Shown here one piece after another: positions 1-9,722 of a stretch of DNA of 64,000 bases. Location: NCBI GenBank assembly GCA_963715195.1, contig CAVQRT010000007.1, positions 256,001 through 320,000 on the forward strand, written 5' to 3'. The translations under genes and the position numbers were made by a program. Position 1 is the stretch's first letter, and the number at the start of each line of letters is the position of its first letter. This stretch comes from Thermodesulfovibrionales bacterium. Lineage in GTDB: Bacteria; Nitrospirota; Thermodesulfovibrionia; Thermodesulfovibrionales; SM23-35. The notes beneath the pieces are model-generated. The model was not told where the DNA came from. It saw only the letters and a program-made list of their open reading frames with translations, and searched no databases.

Positions 1-769
1 CCGTTCCGGCAAACCCCTGCTTTGTTTTCATCGCGTTCGTAATCGCCTTATAGGATATTTCAGTATCGAATATATTTGCTTCCCGTCCGAGCTTTGCCGC
101 TGAATGAGCATCTGAGTTCGAAATCAGTGTAACTGCATCGAGCGACGAAAGCCTCCAGTTCATAGACGGATTTGAGGATAATCCCGTCTCGATAGCGTAA
201 ATATGTGGAGTCAGTTCATCAAAACATTCCTCCATGGAATCAAAACCTGAACCTGCACCAAAAACGGAGAAATGAGGCGTCCATGCATGTGCTGGGACGA
301 GCATCATCTCATCTGATATATCGAGAACCATTTTAAGCAGGGTTTTTGTATCGAGGCCGAGTATCGGTCGGCCATCGGACGAGATGTTGCCGATTTTTGA
401 AAGTGCTCGATTGAGCTCTGAGGCCGCGGCAAAATCAGGGGCAAGAATCAGGCTATGTACCTTCCTCACTCTTCCGTTCTTCGCATATATACAGCTCACC
501 TCTGTCGTGAGCATGAAACAGACTTCAGCCGTACAGATATCAGGAAGGGAGATTATCTTGTATTTATCCTTTAGTTTTAATAAATTATTACCACATACAT
601 CAAGTTTTTCTTTCAGTTCATGAAACCATTCAGGGTGGGTAAAATCTCCGGTACCGAGAACGGATATACCCTTTATCTGTGCCCATTTCCACAGACTCTC
701 AAGACATACGTCTCTGCTCGTAGCACGGGAAAATCTGGAGTGGATGTGCAGGTCAGCAAAAAAACGCAT
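1..769 (-). CDS. Endonuclease Q family / PHP-domain protein (partial, runs off window start)
   Basis: Read manually on the minus strand from ATG at 769: MRFFADLHIHSRFSRATS...GTGDFTHPEW..., later PAHAWTPHFS and SNSDAHS; PHP metal-binding motifs typical of the EndoQ family. Not in the ORF track because the stop lies outside the window. Confidence 0.85.
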   Translation of the reverse strand, partial: MRFFADLHIHSRFSRATSRDVCLESLWKWAQIKGISVLGTGDFTHPEWFHELKEKLDVCGNNLLKLKDKYKIISLPDICTAEVCFMLTTEVSCIYAKNGRVRKVHSLILAPDFAAASELNRALSKIGNISSDGRPILGLDTKTLLKMVLDISDEMMLVPAHAWTPHFSVFGAGSGFDSMEECFDELTPHIYAIETGLSSNPSMNWRLSSLDAVTLISNSDAHSAAKLGREANIFDTEISYKAITNAMKTKQGFAGT

Positions 770-775
770 GATTGG

Positions 776-1378
776 CTAATTCTTCTGCTTCCTTCTATGC
801 CAGAAAATATACAGAGCAACAAGCAGCACACATCCGATAATGATATACGCAGTCCATTGCCTGCTCACTTCCATGATTTTGTCTCTGTTATTTCCGACAA
901 AATACCCGATGTAAGCAAGAATCCACACCCAGATTCCGGCGCCGAATGCAGTGTAGAAACAGAATTTTAAAAGGTTCATTCTGCACAACCCTGCAGGAAA
1001 CGATATATAATGCCGAACCCCCAGTATGAGACGTCCGATGAATGTGCTGATGTTGCCATGCTTCAGAAAAAAAGCTTCACCCTTCCTGAAATGGCTTTCT
1101 GAGACTCCAAAATATTTTCCGTATCTCAGTATGAAAGGTCTCCCTAAGTAAATAGCGATGGCATAATTAAACAGAGCGCCAAGCAAACTTCCAGCTGTAC
1201 CCGAGACAACAACGCCGAACCAGTTCATCTGCTTCTGATAGATTAGATAGCCCGCAGGGGGGATGACGAGTTCAGAGGGCAGCGGAATAAATGTGCTCTC
1301 GATAAACATCAGGAAGATAATTCCTGAATAACCCATCGTACCGACCGCTTCCACAAGCCAGTTCAGGAAAGTGTTCAT
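776..1378 (-). CDS. DedA family membrane protein
   Basis: ESTFIPLPSELVIPPAG, GRLILGVRHYISFPAG motifs; hydrophobic; GAGGTG RBS. Confidence 0.9.
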   Translation of the reverse strand: MNTFLNWLVEAVGTMGYSGIIFLMFIESTFIPLPSELVIPPAGYLIYQKQMNWFGVVVSGTAGSLLGALFNYAIAIYLGRPFILRYGKYFGVSESHFRKGEAFFLKHGNISTFIGRLILGVRHYISFPAGLCRMNLLKFCFYTAFGAGIWVWILAYIGYFVGNNRDKIMEVSRQWTAYIIIGCVLLVALYIFWHRRKQKN

Positions 1379-1418
1379 CTCACCTCACTATGTATTCTCA
1401 TTATTATAGACCATGGAA

Positions 1419-1495
1419 TGGTCGGGGCGAGCAGATTTGAACTGCCGACCACTCACACCCCAAGCGAGTGCGCTACCAGGCTGCGCTACGCCCCG
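1419..1495 (-). tRNA. tRNA-Pro (GGG)
   Basis: Reverse complement CGGGGCGTAGCGCAGCCTGGTAGCGCACTCGCTTGGGGTGTGAGTGGTCGGCAGTTCAAATCTGCTCGCCCCGACCA: cloverleaf, anticodon GGG, T-loop GTTCAAATC, encoded CCA; follows ihfA-merR as commonly seen. Confidence 0.95.
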
Positions 1496-1505
1496 ATTGA
1501 TTGGT

Positions 1506-2174
1506 TTACTGCAGCTGACTCAGGATCTCCCTGAGTCTTTTTTTGACATGCTCAATTGCCGCTGAAGGCTGGCTGACTTCTCTTTTTTGAATATCTTTTG
1601 CAGGTCTCGATTCATTTCCAGCAGAGGCAACCCCAAGCTGTTTTCTGACCCCTTCAATGGTATATCTTTCCTGATACAGGAGATTCTTGATTGTGAGGAG
1701 GAGCTCGACATCCTTCTTTACATACACACGCTGTCCGGATTTGTTTTTCCTCGGTTTGAGAAACGGAAATTCAGTCTCCCAGTACCGGAGGACATACGGT
1801 TCCACATCCACGATTCTGCTCACTTCCCCAATCTTGTAAAAGAGTTTGTCCGGGAATGATATGGAAGTTTTCAGACTTTGCTGTGCCGACTTACTCATCA
1901 TCTTTTCCATGAAAGCCTTCAACTGGTTGCTTGCCCTGAACGTGATGACCCTTCTGGGAGTTATTTCAAGGTCATCTCCGGTTTTCGGATTTCTTCCCCG
2001 TCGCGCCATTTTTTGCCTCACATTGAATGTACCAAAACCCGATATCTTCACTGACTCACCTTCAATAAATGTCTGCTTCATGGTATCGAACAAAATTTCT
2101 ATGATCTCCTGAGCTTCCTTTTTAGAAAGTCCTATTTTCTCAAATATTTTTTCTACCAGGTCTGCTTTTGTCAT
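1506..2174 (-). CDS. ihfA: Integration host factor alpha fused in-frame to a MerR-type HTH regulator
   Basis: aa 1-90 MTKADLVE...VKISGFGTF...GRNPKTG...RRVITFRAS (IHF-alpha); aa ~108 onward [10 protein letters not shown]...VLRYWETEF...YTIEG (MerR HTH). Confidence 0.85.
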   Translation of the reverse strand: MTKADLVEKIFEKIGLSKKEAQEIIEILFDTMKQTFIEGESVKISGFGTFNVRQKMARRGRNPKTGDDLEITPRRVITFRASNQLKAFMEKMMSKSAQQSLKTSISFPDKLFYKIGEVSRIVDVEPYVLRYWETEFPFLKPRKNKSGQRVYVKKDVELLLTIKNLLYQERYTIEGVRKQLGVASAGNESRPAKDIQKREVSQPSAAIEHVKKRLREILSQLQ

Positions 2175-2325
2175 AATGTACCCTCAATTTTTCTTAATTA
2201 TATTAAGGGGATACATACTTGTCAAGAAGAATTTAGTTTGAGATAAAATTAATTTATCGCTATTTTTATTGTAATTATTCCATTTTAGCCTTGTATATGC
2301 GTGAAATAAAAATTATTATGTATTC

Positions 2326-2697
2326 GTGACATACGGAATAGGCATCGATATTATTCATATCGACCGCATGAGAAGGGTTGTGGGAAAATGGGGACAAAGG
2401 TTTCTGCAAAGGGTATTTACTCATGGGGAAATCTCCTACTGTTTTCAGAAAAAAAACCCTTACCTCTCCCTCGCAGTCCGCTTTGCCGCAAAAGAGGCAT
2501 TCATCAAAGCGACGGGCGCTGAAATTCCTGTTTCATTCACCGAGATTGAAGTGGTACATACCGGTACCGGGAAGCCTTCTTTTATCTTCAGTGAAAAAAT
2601 CAATGTCCATCTCAGGAACAAGAATATAACATCAGCTCATCTGAGTTTAAGCCATGATCATGAATACGGAGTGGCATCGGTATTTCTGGAACAATAA
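2326..2697 (+). CDS. acpS: Holo-[acyl-carrier-protein] synthase
   Basis: GIGIDI, RFAAKEAFIKA, HLSLSHD motifs. Confidence 0.95.
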   Translation: MTYGIGIDIIHIDRMRRVVGKWGQRFLQRVFTHGEISYCFQKKNPYLSLAVRFAAKEAFIKATGAEIPVSFTEIEVVHTGTGKPSFIFSEKINVHLRNKNITSAHLSLSHDHEYGVASVFLEQ

Positions 2698-2698
2698 A

Positions 2699-3583
2699 TC
2701 ATTCATGAAAGGGGAGCAGTTCATCCCCGGACGGTATCTGATTAGGTGGTGTTCTGAGTGAGTCCATCCCCGGCGACTCAATTGCAGGTACTGTTTCATC
2801 TCCTTCTGTGACTTCTTCAAATTCAGGCACCACGATCCCGCGCCTGACCAGTATGCTGTAAATCAAATCTGCCCGGTGAACAACATATCTGTTCTCCCCG
2901 ACGGGGTTATATTTTCTGGGATTCGGGAGGACCGCTGCAAGCCGCGCAGCCTCTTCCGGATTTAGTTCCGCAGGAGATTTGCCATAATAGTGGCGCGCCG
3001 CAGTCCCAATACCGAATATACCATGAGCACCCCATTCAGCCACGTTCAAATACAGTTCCAGGATGCGCCTTTTCTTCAGCACTTTCTCCATTCTCCATGT
3101 TATGATTACTTCCCTGATTTTTCGAACAGGGTTTTTTGCCGGTGAAAGGTAAAGGTTCTTTGCAAGCTGCTGGCTTATGGTACTGCCACCAAGCTTAAAC
3201 TTTTTTGCCTTCACATCTTTTTCGAGGGCTTTCCGAATCGCTTCGTAATCAAAGCCCTCATGACTCCAAAACTTATCGTCCTCTGCGATGAGGACCGCCT
3301 TTATCAGATAGGGGGATATCCGTGAAAGTGGCACCCATTGCTGCTGAATCCGGTATTTTTTCCCCGCGCGCTTCCATTCTTTTTCCCGGTATTTCATGAA
3401 AGAGGTTTTTTGGGGGTTTTCTTTTTTTAGCCGTGAAATATCCGGGACAAACAACAGGTAGGCTACAAAGCCGATAAGAAGAGGGAGAAAGAGAATCAGC
3501 ACTTTTTTCTTACTTCTGAATTTCCGTACCAATTCCTTCTTTCGTGAAGATCTCGAGAAGCAGGCAGTGCGGGATTCTTCCAT
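2699..3583 (-). CDS. mtgA: Monofunctional peptidoglycan transglycosylase (true start probably downstream of 3583)
   Basis: AEDDKFWSHEGFD, GGSTISQQLAKNL, RILELYLNVAEWG GT51 motifs; N-terminal TM. Confidence 0.9.
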   Translation of the reverse strand: MEESRTACFSRSSRKKELVRKFRSKKKVLILFLPLLIGFVAYLLFVPDISRLKKENPQKTSFMKYREKEWKRAGKKYRIQQQWVPLSRISPYLIKAVLIAEDDKFWSHEGFDYEAIRKALEKDVKAKKFKLGGSTISQQLAKNLYLSPAKNPVRKIREVIITWRMEKVLKKRRILELYLNVAEWGAHGIFGIGTAARHYYGKSPAELNPEEAARLAAVLPNPRKYNPVGENRYVVHRADLIYSILVRRGIVVPEFEEVTEGDETVPAIESPGMDSLRTPPNQIPSGDELLPFHE

Positions 3584-4406
3584 CGATGATGTGTGTTTTC
3601 GCGACCCCTCCCTCTATTGCCTTGACACATGCCTGCACCTTGGGGAGCATTCCTCCGGTAATTGTTCCATCACGGATGAGCTTTTTCACATGATTGCTTT
3701 TGAGCGTCGAGACCGTCCTCTTGCTCTTGTTGATGATACCAGGCACATCCGTCAGGAGGATCATTTTTTCGGCATGAAGCGCTGATGCGATCGATGAAGC
3801 CACAGAATCGGCATTGATATTCAACGTCTCGCCATTTGGTCCGGCGCCCACAGGAGAAATAACAGGGATAAAACCCTCTTTTTCAAGGCTCCTGATGACA
3901 TGCGGTTCAATATGCGTGACCTCGCCGACAAACCCGATATCGATCATTTCTTCGTCACCTGCTTCAGAAGATTTTTTGATAAGTTTCTTTTTTGCGGTTA
4001 TGAGCCCCCCGTCTTTGCCGCTCAGCCCGACCGCTTTTCCGCCGTGGCTATTGATCAGCGAGACAATCTCTTTATTGATCAGACCGCCCAGCACCATCTC
4101 TACGATGTCCATCGTCTCCTCATCGGTAATGCGCTGTCCCTGTATGAATTGGGGTTTCTTGCCCATTTTTTCCATGGTGACCGAGATCTTTGGACCGCCT
4201 CCGTGGACTATTGCAGTCCGTATGCCGATAAAGTTAAGCATCACGACATCTGTTGCGAAGGACTCTTTCAGATTTTCCTGAACCTGCGCAGCGCCTCCGT
4301 ATTTTATGACAAATGTCTTCCCGAAAAAATTGCGGATATACGGGAGCGCTTCTGTCAAAATCTCCGCCTTGGTAATGATGTCACTCATCTTCATATTCTT
4401 CTTCAT
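3510..4406 (-). CDS. argB: Acetylglutamate kinase
   Basis: VIKYGG, VHGGGP, NINAD, GGMLPKV, LLLEIFT..GIGT. Confidence 0.97.
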   Translation of the reverse strand: MKKNMKMSDIITKAEILTEALPYIRNFFGKTFVIKYGGAAQVQENLKESFATDVVMLNFIGIRTAIVHGGGPKISVTMEKMGKKPQFIQGQRITDEETMDIVEMVLGGLINKEIVSLINSHGGKAVGLSGKDGGLITAKKKLIKKSSEAGDEEMIDIGFVGEVTHIEPHVIRSLEKEGFIPVISPVGAGPNGETLNINADSVASSIASALHAEKMILLTDVPGIINKSKRTVSTLKSNHVKKLIRDGTITGGMLPKVQACVKAIEGGVAKTHIIDGRIPHCLLLEIFTKEGIGTEIQK

Positions 4407-4412
4407 ATTCTT

Positions 4413-4988
4413 CTATTTCCCAAAACAAGGGATGCAGACAATCTCGCCGTTCTTGACTCTCGCCTTCGGCTCCATCATCTTTTCCCCGCAGACTGCACAA
4501 CTGAGGCTCGCATAGATCTTTGCCTCATCGGGCAAAACCATGACCCCCTGAATGATTTTGAAAAGATCCTCATCCCGTGCATTGAGGATCATATCAATTT
4601 TTCTGGCTTTCCTGTCATGAACAGCCTTCAGAACTTCATCGAAGCGTTCACCCCGGATATACCTGTCCCAAATATGTTTTTCTTCGTTGGACTCAGGAAA
4701 TGTCCAGACCACCGATATCCGTATTCCTTCGCCGGAAGGTCTCCTGATAAAGGTATATACCTGTTTACCGTAATCCTTGAAGATCAGATTGCCCTTTCCG
4801 AATGTGCATCCTGTCATCACCTGGACGGCATCGACCGAGCAGGAATTATTTTCCACAATTGCAACGAGTTCTTCATCCGTTGCCCTCTCTCCGAAAGCAT
4901 TCAGAGCGCACAGAGCAACCCGGTAGCCGAAGGCAAGCCCGGGACACGAATGTCCGTGAAAATCTACAATGTCATCAAATGTTTTCAC
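4413..4988 (-). CDS. FmdE family protein with C-terminal zinc finger
   Basis: FHGHSCPGLAFGYR, CSVDAVQVMTGCTFGKGN, CxxC...CxxC. Confidence 0.9.
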   Translation of the reverse strand: MKTFDDIVDFHGHSCPGLAFGYRVALCALNAFGERATDEELVAIVENNSCSVDAVQVMTGCTFGKGNLIFKDYGKQVYTFIRRPSGEGIRISVVWTFPESNEEKHIWDRYIRGERFDEVLKAVHDRKARKIDMILNARDEDLFKIIQGVMVLPDEAKIYASLSCAVCGEKMMEPKARVKNGEIVCIPCFGK

Positions 4989-5202
4989 TGGAATGATTTT
5001 ACCTTAAAAGGAGAGATTTTTGTTGATGAAGATAAAAGGATAGGTTCTGCTGAATCATTTTTTGAGAACTATAGCAAACCAGATGAAAAAAACAGCACAG
5101 GGTACACAGTGCGCTACGAAGCCAACCGAAGAAGAAACGCTTTTTATTGCAGGGTGAACTTCTGCACACCGGGTTCCTCAGGCACATGTTACAATGAGAA
5201 AC

Positions 5203-7122
5203 ATGCTGAAAAAAGGTATCTGGATACTCATATCGATCGCTGGGGCGATCTCTCTCTCCGTCGTTGCAGGCATCATCAATCCGTCCGAAAAGATTAACGC
5301 CCTCTGGCTTATTGTTGCAGCAGGATGTTTCTATGTCATTACGTACAGATTTTACGGATCATTTCTCGCTGCAAAGGTGCTGGTAATTGACAGGAACCGG
5401 ACAACGCCGGCACAGAGAATCTTTGACGGCATTGACTATCACCCTACAAACCGATGGATTCTCTTCGGTCATCACTTTGCGGCAATCGCAGGGGCGGGTC
5501 CCCTAATCGGCCCGATGCTTGCCGCGCAATTCGGCTATCTCCCCGGATTCCTCTGGATTCTCATCGGCTCTGCACTCGGGGGAGCAGTTCATGATATGGT
5601 AATTCTCTTTGCTTCTGTGAGGAGAAACGGCAAATCCCTTGCACAGATAGCCGGTGACGAAATCGGACCGGTCGGGGGGATAGCAGCTGCTTTTGCAATA
5701 CTTTTCATCATCATCGTAGCACTTGCAGGTCTGGGGCTTGCTGTTGTGAATGCCCTCTCCCAGAGCCCCTGGGGCACGTTCACGATCACTCTCACCATTC
5801 CGACTGCATTGTTCATGGGGATATACCTCTACCGAATACGACCGGGGAAGATTGCTGAAGTGAGTATTTTTGGCGTACTCATGCTTTTGATTTCCGTTTT
5901 CGCAGGACATTATGTCCCCGGATCATTGCTCGATCCGTTCTTTAACCTTCCGAGGAACACCCTTGTCCTGTCGATAGTCATATACGGTTTTATTGCATCC
6001 GTCCTGCCGGTCTGGCTGCTCCTTGCTCCGAGAGACTACCTCTCAACGTATATGAAAATTGGAACGATATTTCTTCTGGCTGTTGGTGTGATGGTGATTG
6101 CTCCGGATATTCAGATGCCCCCGGTCACCAGATTTGCCAGAGGCGGAGGCCCAATCATTCCGGGAACCCTGTTCCCCTTCATGTTCATAACTATCGCATG
6201 TGGTGCTGTCTCAGGTTTTCATTCCCTTATATCATCGGGGACGACGCCGAAGATGATCATGAACGAAAAAGACATCCCGTTTATCGGATTTGGAGCGATG
6301 CTCGTTGAGGGTTTTGTGGCCGTCATGGCACTGATCGCCGCAACCATTCTCATTCCCGGTGATTATTTTGCCATCAATTCCACGCTCTCTTTTGAGGCTC
6401 TTGCCTCCCTGGGCTTTCCTGTCGAACGAATCACAGAGCTCTCGCAGATGGTAAAAACGGATGTTGCGGGAAGACCCGGTGGAGCAGTGTCACTTGCAGT
6501 GGGAATGGCCTCGATTTTTTCTGCCATCCCGGGAATGAAAGGCCTCATGCCCTACTGGTACAACTTTGCGCTGATGTTCGAAGCCCTGTTCATCCTCACG
6601 ACAGTCGATGCAGGAACACGGGTTGCCCGGTTTCTGCTCCAGGAACTGGGAGGAAAGGTCTATAAACCCCTTTCGAGGACAGGCTGGCTGCCGGGAAATA
6701 TTGGATCAAGCCTTCTTGTTGTCTGTGCCTGGGGGTACCTCATTTATTCCGGGAATATCTCTTCTATCTGGCCGATGTTCGGGGTTGCCAATCAGCTCCT
6801 TGCTGCGGTTGCTTTCGGAGTAGGAACAACGGTTATCGTAAAATCAGGAAAACTGAAATACGCATGGGTGACTTTCATTCCCATGGTCTTCATGTTTACC
6901 ACAACCTTCACCGCATCCTATCAATTGATAGGAATATTTCGTGAAAAAGCACTGCATGCGCTGACAGAGGCTGATGCCCTCACCTTTACATTAGATGCCT
7001 ATCTTGTTTTTATCATGGCTGCACTTGCAATCGTTGTATTGATAGACATGGCATGGAAACTCTCCAGACATCTCACCGGAAAGGTCGTAATCATCAATAA
7101 GAAGATCGACTTCAAAAGATAA
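5203..7122 (+). CDS. cstA: Carbon starvation protein A family transporter
   Basis: LFGHHFAAIAGAGPLIGP, ITIACGAVSGFHSLISSGTT, LTTVDAGTRVARF, IWPMFGVANQLLA. Confidence 0.95.
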   Translation: MLKKGIWILISIAGAISLSVVAGIINPSEKINALWLIVAAGCFYVITYRFYGSFLAAKVLVIDRNRTTPAQRIFDGIDYHPTNRWILFGHHFAAIAGAGPLIGPMLAAQFGYLPGFLWILIGSALGGAVHDMVILFASVRRNGKSLAQIAGDEIGPVGGIAAAFAILFIIIVALAGLGLAVVNALSQSPWGTFTITLTIPTALFMGIYLYRIRPGKIAEVSIFGVLMLLISVFAGHYVPGSLLDPFFNLPRNTLVLSIVIYGFIASVLPVWLLLAPRDYLSTYMKIGTIFLLAVGVMVIAPDIQMPPVTRFARGGGPIIPGTLFPFMFITIACGAVSGFHSLISSGTTPKMIMNEKDIPFIGFGAMLVEGFVAVMALIAATILIPGDYFAINSTLSFEALASLGFPVERITELSQMVKTDVAGRPGGAVSLAVGMASIFSAIPGMKGLMPYWYNFALMFEALFILTTVDAGTRVARFLLQELGGKVYKPLSRTGWLPGNIGSSLLVVCAWGYLIYSGNISSIWPMFGVANQLLAAVAFGVGTTVIVKSGKLKYAWVTFIPMVFMFTTTFTASYQLIGIFREKALHALTEADALTFTLDAYLVFIMAALAIVVLIDMAWKLSRHLTGKVVIINKKIDFKR

Positions 7123-7204
7123 CTGCTGTTTCACGCAAACCGAAACCAGTCGAAATGCTTAACCAAAAAAATGCATTTGAAACGTGCGGATATCGTTAGA
7201 AAAA

Positions 7205-8341
7205 TTATTTTTCAATACCGTAGTGTGCCTTCAACTCTTCCATGAACATTCGTATGGTAGTTTTGGGAATTGATTGCCGGTAATCAAAAGGATTGCACAT
7301 GAGATTTTTTGAAATAATCCTGACAATCATAAACCCCTCTTCTGTCCAGAAAATCCCTGTTTCGGCATCATGAACAGTCCGTATTTTTTCTTTCATCCTG
7401 TATTCCAGATCCGATATCCTGATACGCCTGTATTCAGTTCCCTCCGGATAGGCGGCATGGATATCATCAAGAGACATCCCGCTCCTCGCACATTTCTGCA
7501 GTTCAGATGCGAGCAGAGACAGAGCGGCTGCTCCATCTCCGGTATCCGGAAACATTTTATAGCTGACTGTGAGAGACTCGACAAGTTTTTCGTCCGGACT
7601 GTAATTCATCATAATCGTGAGGAATCTGCATATGACGAGGTATCTGTTAAGATAATCAGCCTGTTCTTCATTAAATTCGTACATTTCAATGAGTGCACTG
7701 AGCTGTGCAGAATCCGCTGCTATATCCAGACTCTTCGCTTCATCATAGAGAATTTGCTCGTTTTCGATATCCTCAAGAATGTTATTGCTTCTCCAGAGGA
7801 CATCGTGAATCCCCAGGCTATCCAGTACGGCAGCAGAATTCACGATGTATTTTTCTCTCTGTCCACGTTCCCCGATGCTCCTTTGAGAAACAGCCAGGCT
7901 TTTCTTTGCCCCGTTGGGATTTTCTCCTTTGGAATCCTCCGGGATTTGAGCGGAATTCCGGACATCCGCTGTATTGTCTATCAATGCCATCTCCGCTGTC
8001 ACATAACGGCTGAACGGACTTTCAGGAAACCTCTGTCTTACGTCGGTAAAAGTCTTCCTTGCTTCATCAACAGACTCTACCTGGAGAAGTGATTTTGCAA
8101 GCCAGAAGAGTCCTGCATCTTGAGCAGAGCTCTCAGGGAACTCTTCAAGGAACACCCTGAATTGCTGAATTGCCTTTTCCGGCTGATACGACAGATAAAA
8201 GTGATACGCACGATCAAAGAGCTGAAATTCCCGGTACGATGCTTCAGCTATTCCGGCGGACAACAGCATGCAGGTAATCAGGATGGAGATCAGCTTTGAT
8301 GCATTTTTACCGAAAACTTTTCCCATAGTGATTTGATCCAA
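7205..8341 (-). CDS. Exported TPR (CpoB/BamD-like) protein with a degenerate PPIase-like C-terminal region; start uncertain
   Basis: Signal-like segment, then AIQQFRVFLEEFPES..AGLFWLAKSL..RFPESPF TPR pattern; downstream of a SurA-like gene. Confidence 0.55.
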   Translation of the reverse strand: MDQITMGKVFGKNASKLISILITCMLLSAGIAEASYREFQLFDRAYHFYLSYQPEKAIQQFRVFLEEFPESSAQDAGLFWLAKSLLQVESVDEARKTFTDVRQRFPESPFSRYVTAEMALIDNTADVRNSAQIPEDSKGENPNGAKKSLAVSQRSIGERGQREKYIVNSAAVLDSLGIHDVLWRSNNILEDIENEQILYDEAKSLDIAADSAQLSALIEMYEFNEEQADYLNRYLVICRFLTIMMNYSPDEKLVESLTVSYKMFPDTGDGAAALSLLASELQKCARSGMSLDDIHAAYPEGTEYRRIRISDLEYRMKEKIRTVHDAETGIFWTEEGFMIVRIISKNLMCNPFDYRQSIPKTTIRMFMEELKAHYGIEK

Positions 8342-9246
8342 TCATTGAGCACCTTTTCTCTCTTCTGTTCAAAGAGGTCATTGTAAATCTCGGCTCTAAC
8401 TTCCTCGACCGGTTTATAGGTTTCGTCGGTTCTCTTGATGAGCCGAAGTATGAACACACCGTCACCCACCCAAATGGGATCACTGATTTCGCCCTCCTTC
8501 ATCGCAAACGCTTTCCGGTCAATGGGAGCAATCAATGCCCCACGGGCAAATTTACCCAATACCCCTCTATGACTTCTTAGAGGTTCATCGGAGTATTCGT
8601 CAACAAGACGCTCAAAGTTATCGCCATCACGCAATAATGCTACGATGCGGAGCGCCCTTCTCTTCATATCCGTAATTTCCGTGAGCGATGAGCCCTCCCT
8701 GAGCAGGAAGAAGATGGCGTTCAGCTCAACATATTCCGGGCTGTCGAGAAATTCCCGTTTATGGACCAGATAGAATTCCTCAATTTCCGGGTCTGTGATC
8801 AGCACCTTCGCATCAACTTCACTCCCCAGCATCTGCGAAATCAGTATTCTTTCTCTCACGATTGTGCGGAACTTCTCAAGATCTGTGCCGTCTTCTTTCA
8901 GAAATATCTCGAGGTCATCCTGTGACAGGTTGTTCAGGGATTTGAACTCTTCGATCGCCTTTTCGACTTCGCTGTCAGAAGCTTCCAGTCCCCTTCTTAC
9001 AGCTTCACGTGCAATCAGTTTTTCCTCAATGAGATGCCGCAGGAGGTTCTCATCGACACCATCACCAGACTGTCCGTCTGTTAGGTCTTTCGTAAAGAGC
9101 TTATAGTCTGCAAAGGTAATAACCTGATCATCGATGGTTGCGAGAATCCTGTCGACCGTTACTCCGCAGGAAATGCCCGGGAAGAAAAACAGCAAAGCAC
9201 CCGCAATGGCGATCAGTGCACAGAAACGATATGGTCTCGGGATCAT
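8290..9246 (-). CDS. SurA-like peptidyl-prolyl isomerase / periplasmic chaperone
   Basis: VDRILATIDDQVIT N-terminus, parvulin-like F..L...YSD...GVLG...GEISDPI. Confidence 0.85.
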   Translation of the reverse strand: MIPRPYRFCALIAIAGALLFFFPGISCGVTVDRILATIDDQVITFADYKLFTKDLTDGQSGDGVDENLLRHLIEEKLIAREAVRRGLEASDSEVEKAIEEFKSLNNLSQDDLEIFLKEDGTDLEKFRTIVRERILISQMLGSEVDAKVLITDPEIEEFYLVHKREFLDSPEYVELNAIFFLLREGSSLTEITDMKRRALRIVALLRDGDNFERLVDEYSDEPLRSHRGVLGKFARGALIAPIDRKAFAMKEGEISDPIWVGDGVFILRLIKRTDETYKPVEEVRAEIYNDLFEQKREKVLNDWIKSLWEKFSVKMHQS

Positions 9247-9722
9247 GAGTGAAATGCAGCAAAGAGCCTGTCATAGGTACTCATGATATGCTCAGGAATT
9301 ACCCTGACCTCATCGAAAACAGTCATAAAACTGGTATCCCCGGCCCACCTTGGTACCATATGCAAATGCATATGCTCTTCCATGCCGGCACCGGCGATCT
9401 TGCCGATATTGATGCCGATATTGAATCCCTCCGGCATGAATGCTTTTCTTATTGATGCGACCGAATGACGCGTCACTCTCATGAAATCGAGAAGAATTCC
9501 ATCATCAAGTCCGTCAAGTGCGGAAACATGCCGGTACGGCACAACCATGATATGACCGTTGTTATACGGATATCGGTTCATCATGACAAAATTGTGTGAA
9601 CTCCTGTACAGGATCAGATTATCCCTGTCTCTCTCCTGTTTCGGCAGCTCGCAGAAGATGCATTGCTGTTCCTTGTTCGAGAGAATATAATCCATCCTCC
9701 AGGGTGCCCAGATAACGTTCAT
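9243..9722 (-). CDS. HIT family hydrolase
   Basis: WAPWR, CIFC, NRYPYNNGH, HMHLHMVPRW histidine triad; GGAGG RBS before ATG 9722. Confidence 0.92.
   Translation of the reverse strand: MNVIWAPWRMDYILSNKEQQCIFCELPKQERDRDNLILYRSSHNFVMMNRYPYNNGHIMVVPYRHVSALDGLDDGILLDFMRVTRHSVASIRKAFMPEGFNIGINIGKIAGAGMEEHMHLHMVPRWAGDTSFMTVFDEVRVIPEHIMSTYDRLFAAFHS

Noticed and set aside
1380..1505. tRNA-Pro as an integration site
   Set aside because: No integrase and no duplicated tRNA 3' end seen in the window.
3900..5297. 465-aa plus-strand ORF
   Set aside because: Antisense shadow of argB and the FmdE gene with no recognisable motifs; the same applies to other long antisense ORFs such as 49423..50376 and 28282..29139.
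7134..7165. GCAAACC..AAACCAGTCGAAA resembling a c-di-GMP-I riboswitch fragment
   Set aside because: No closing stem or second hairpin, and it lies between two convergent gene ends.
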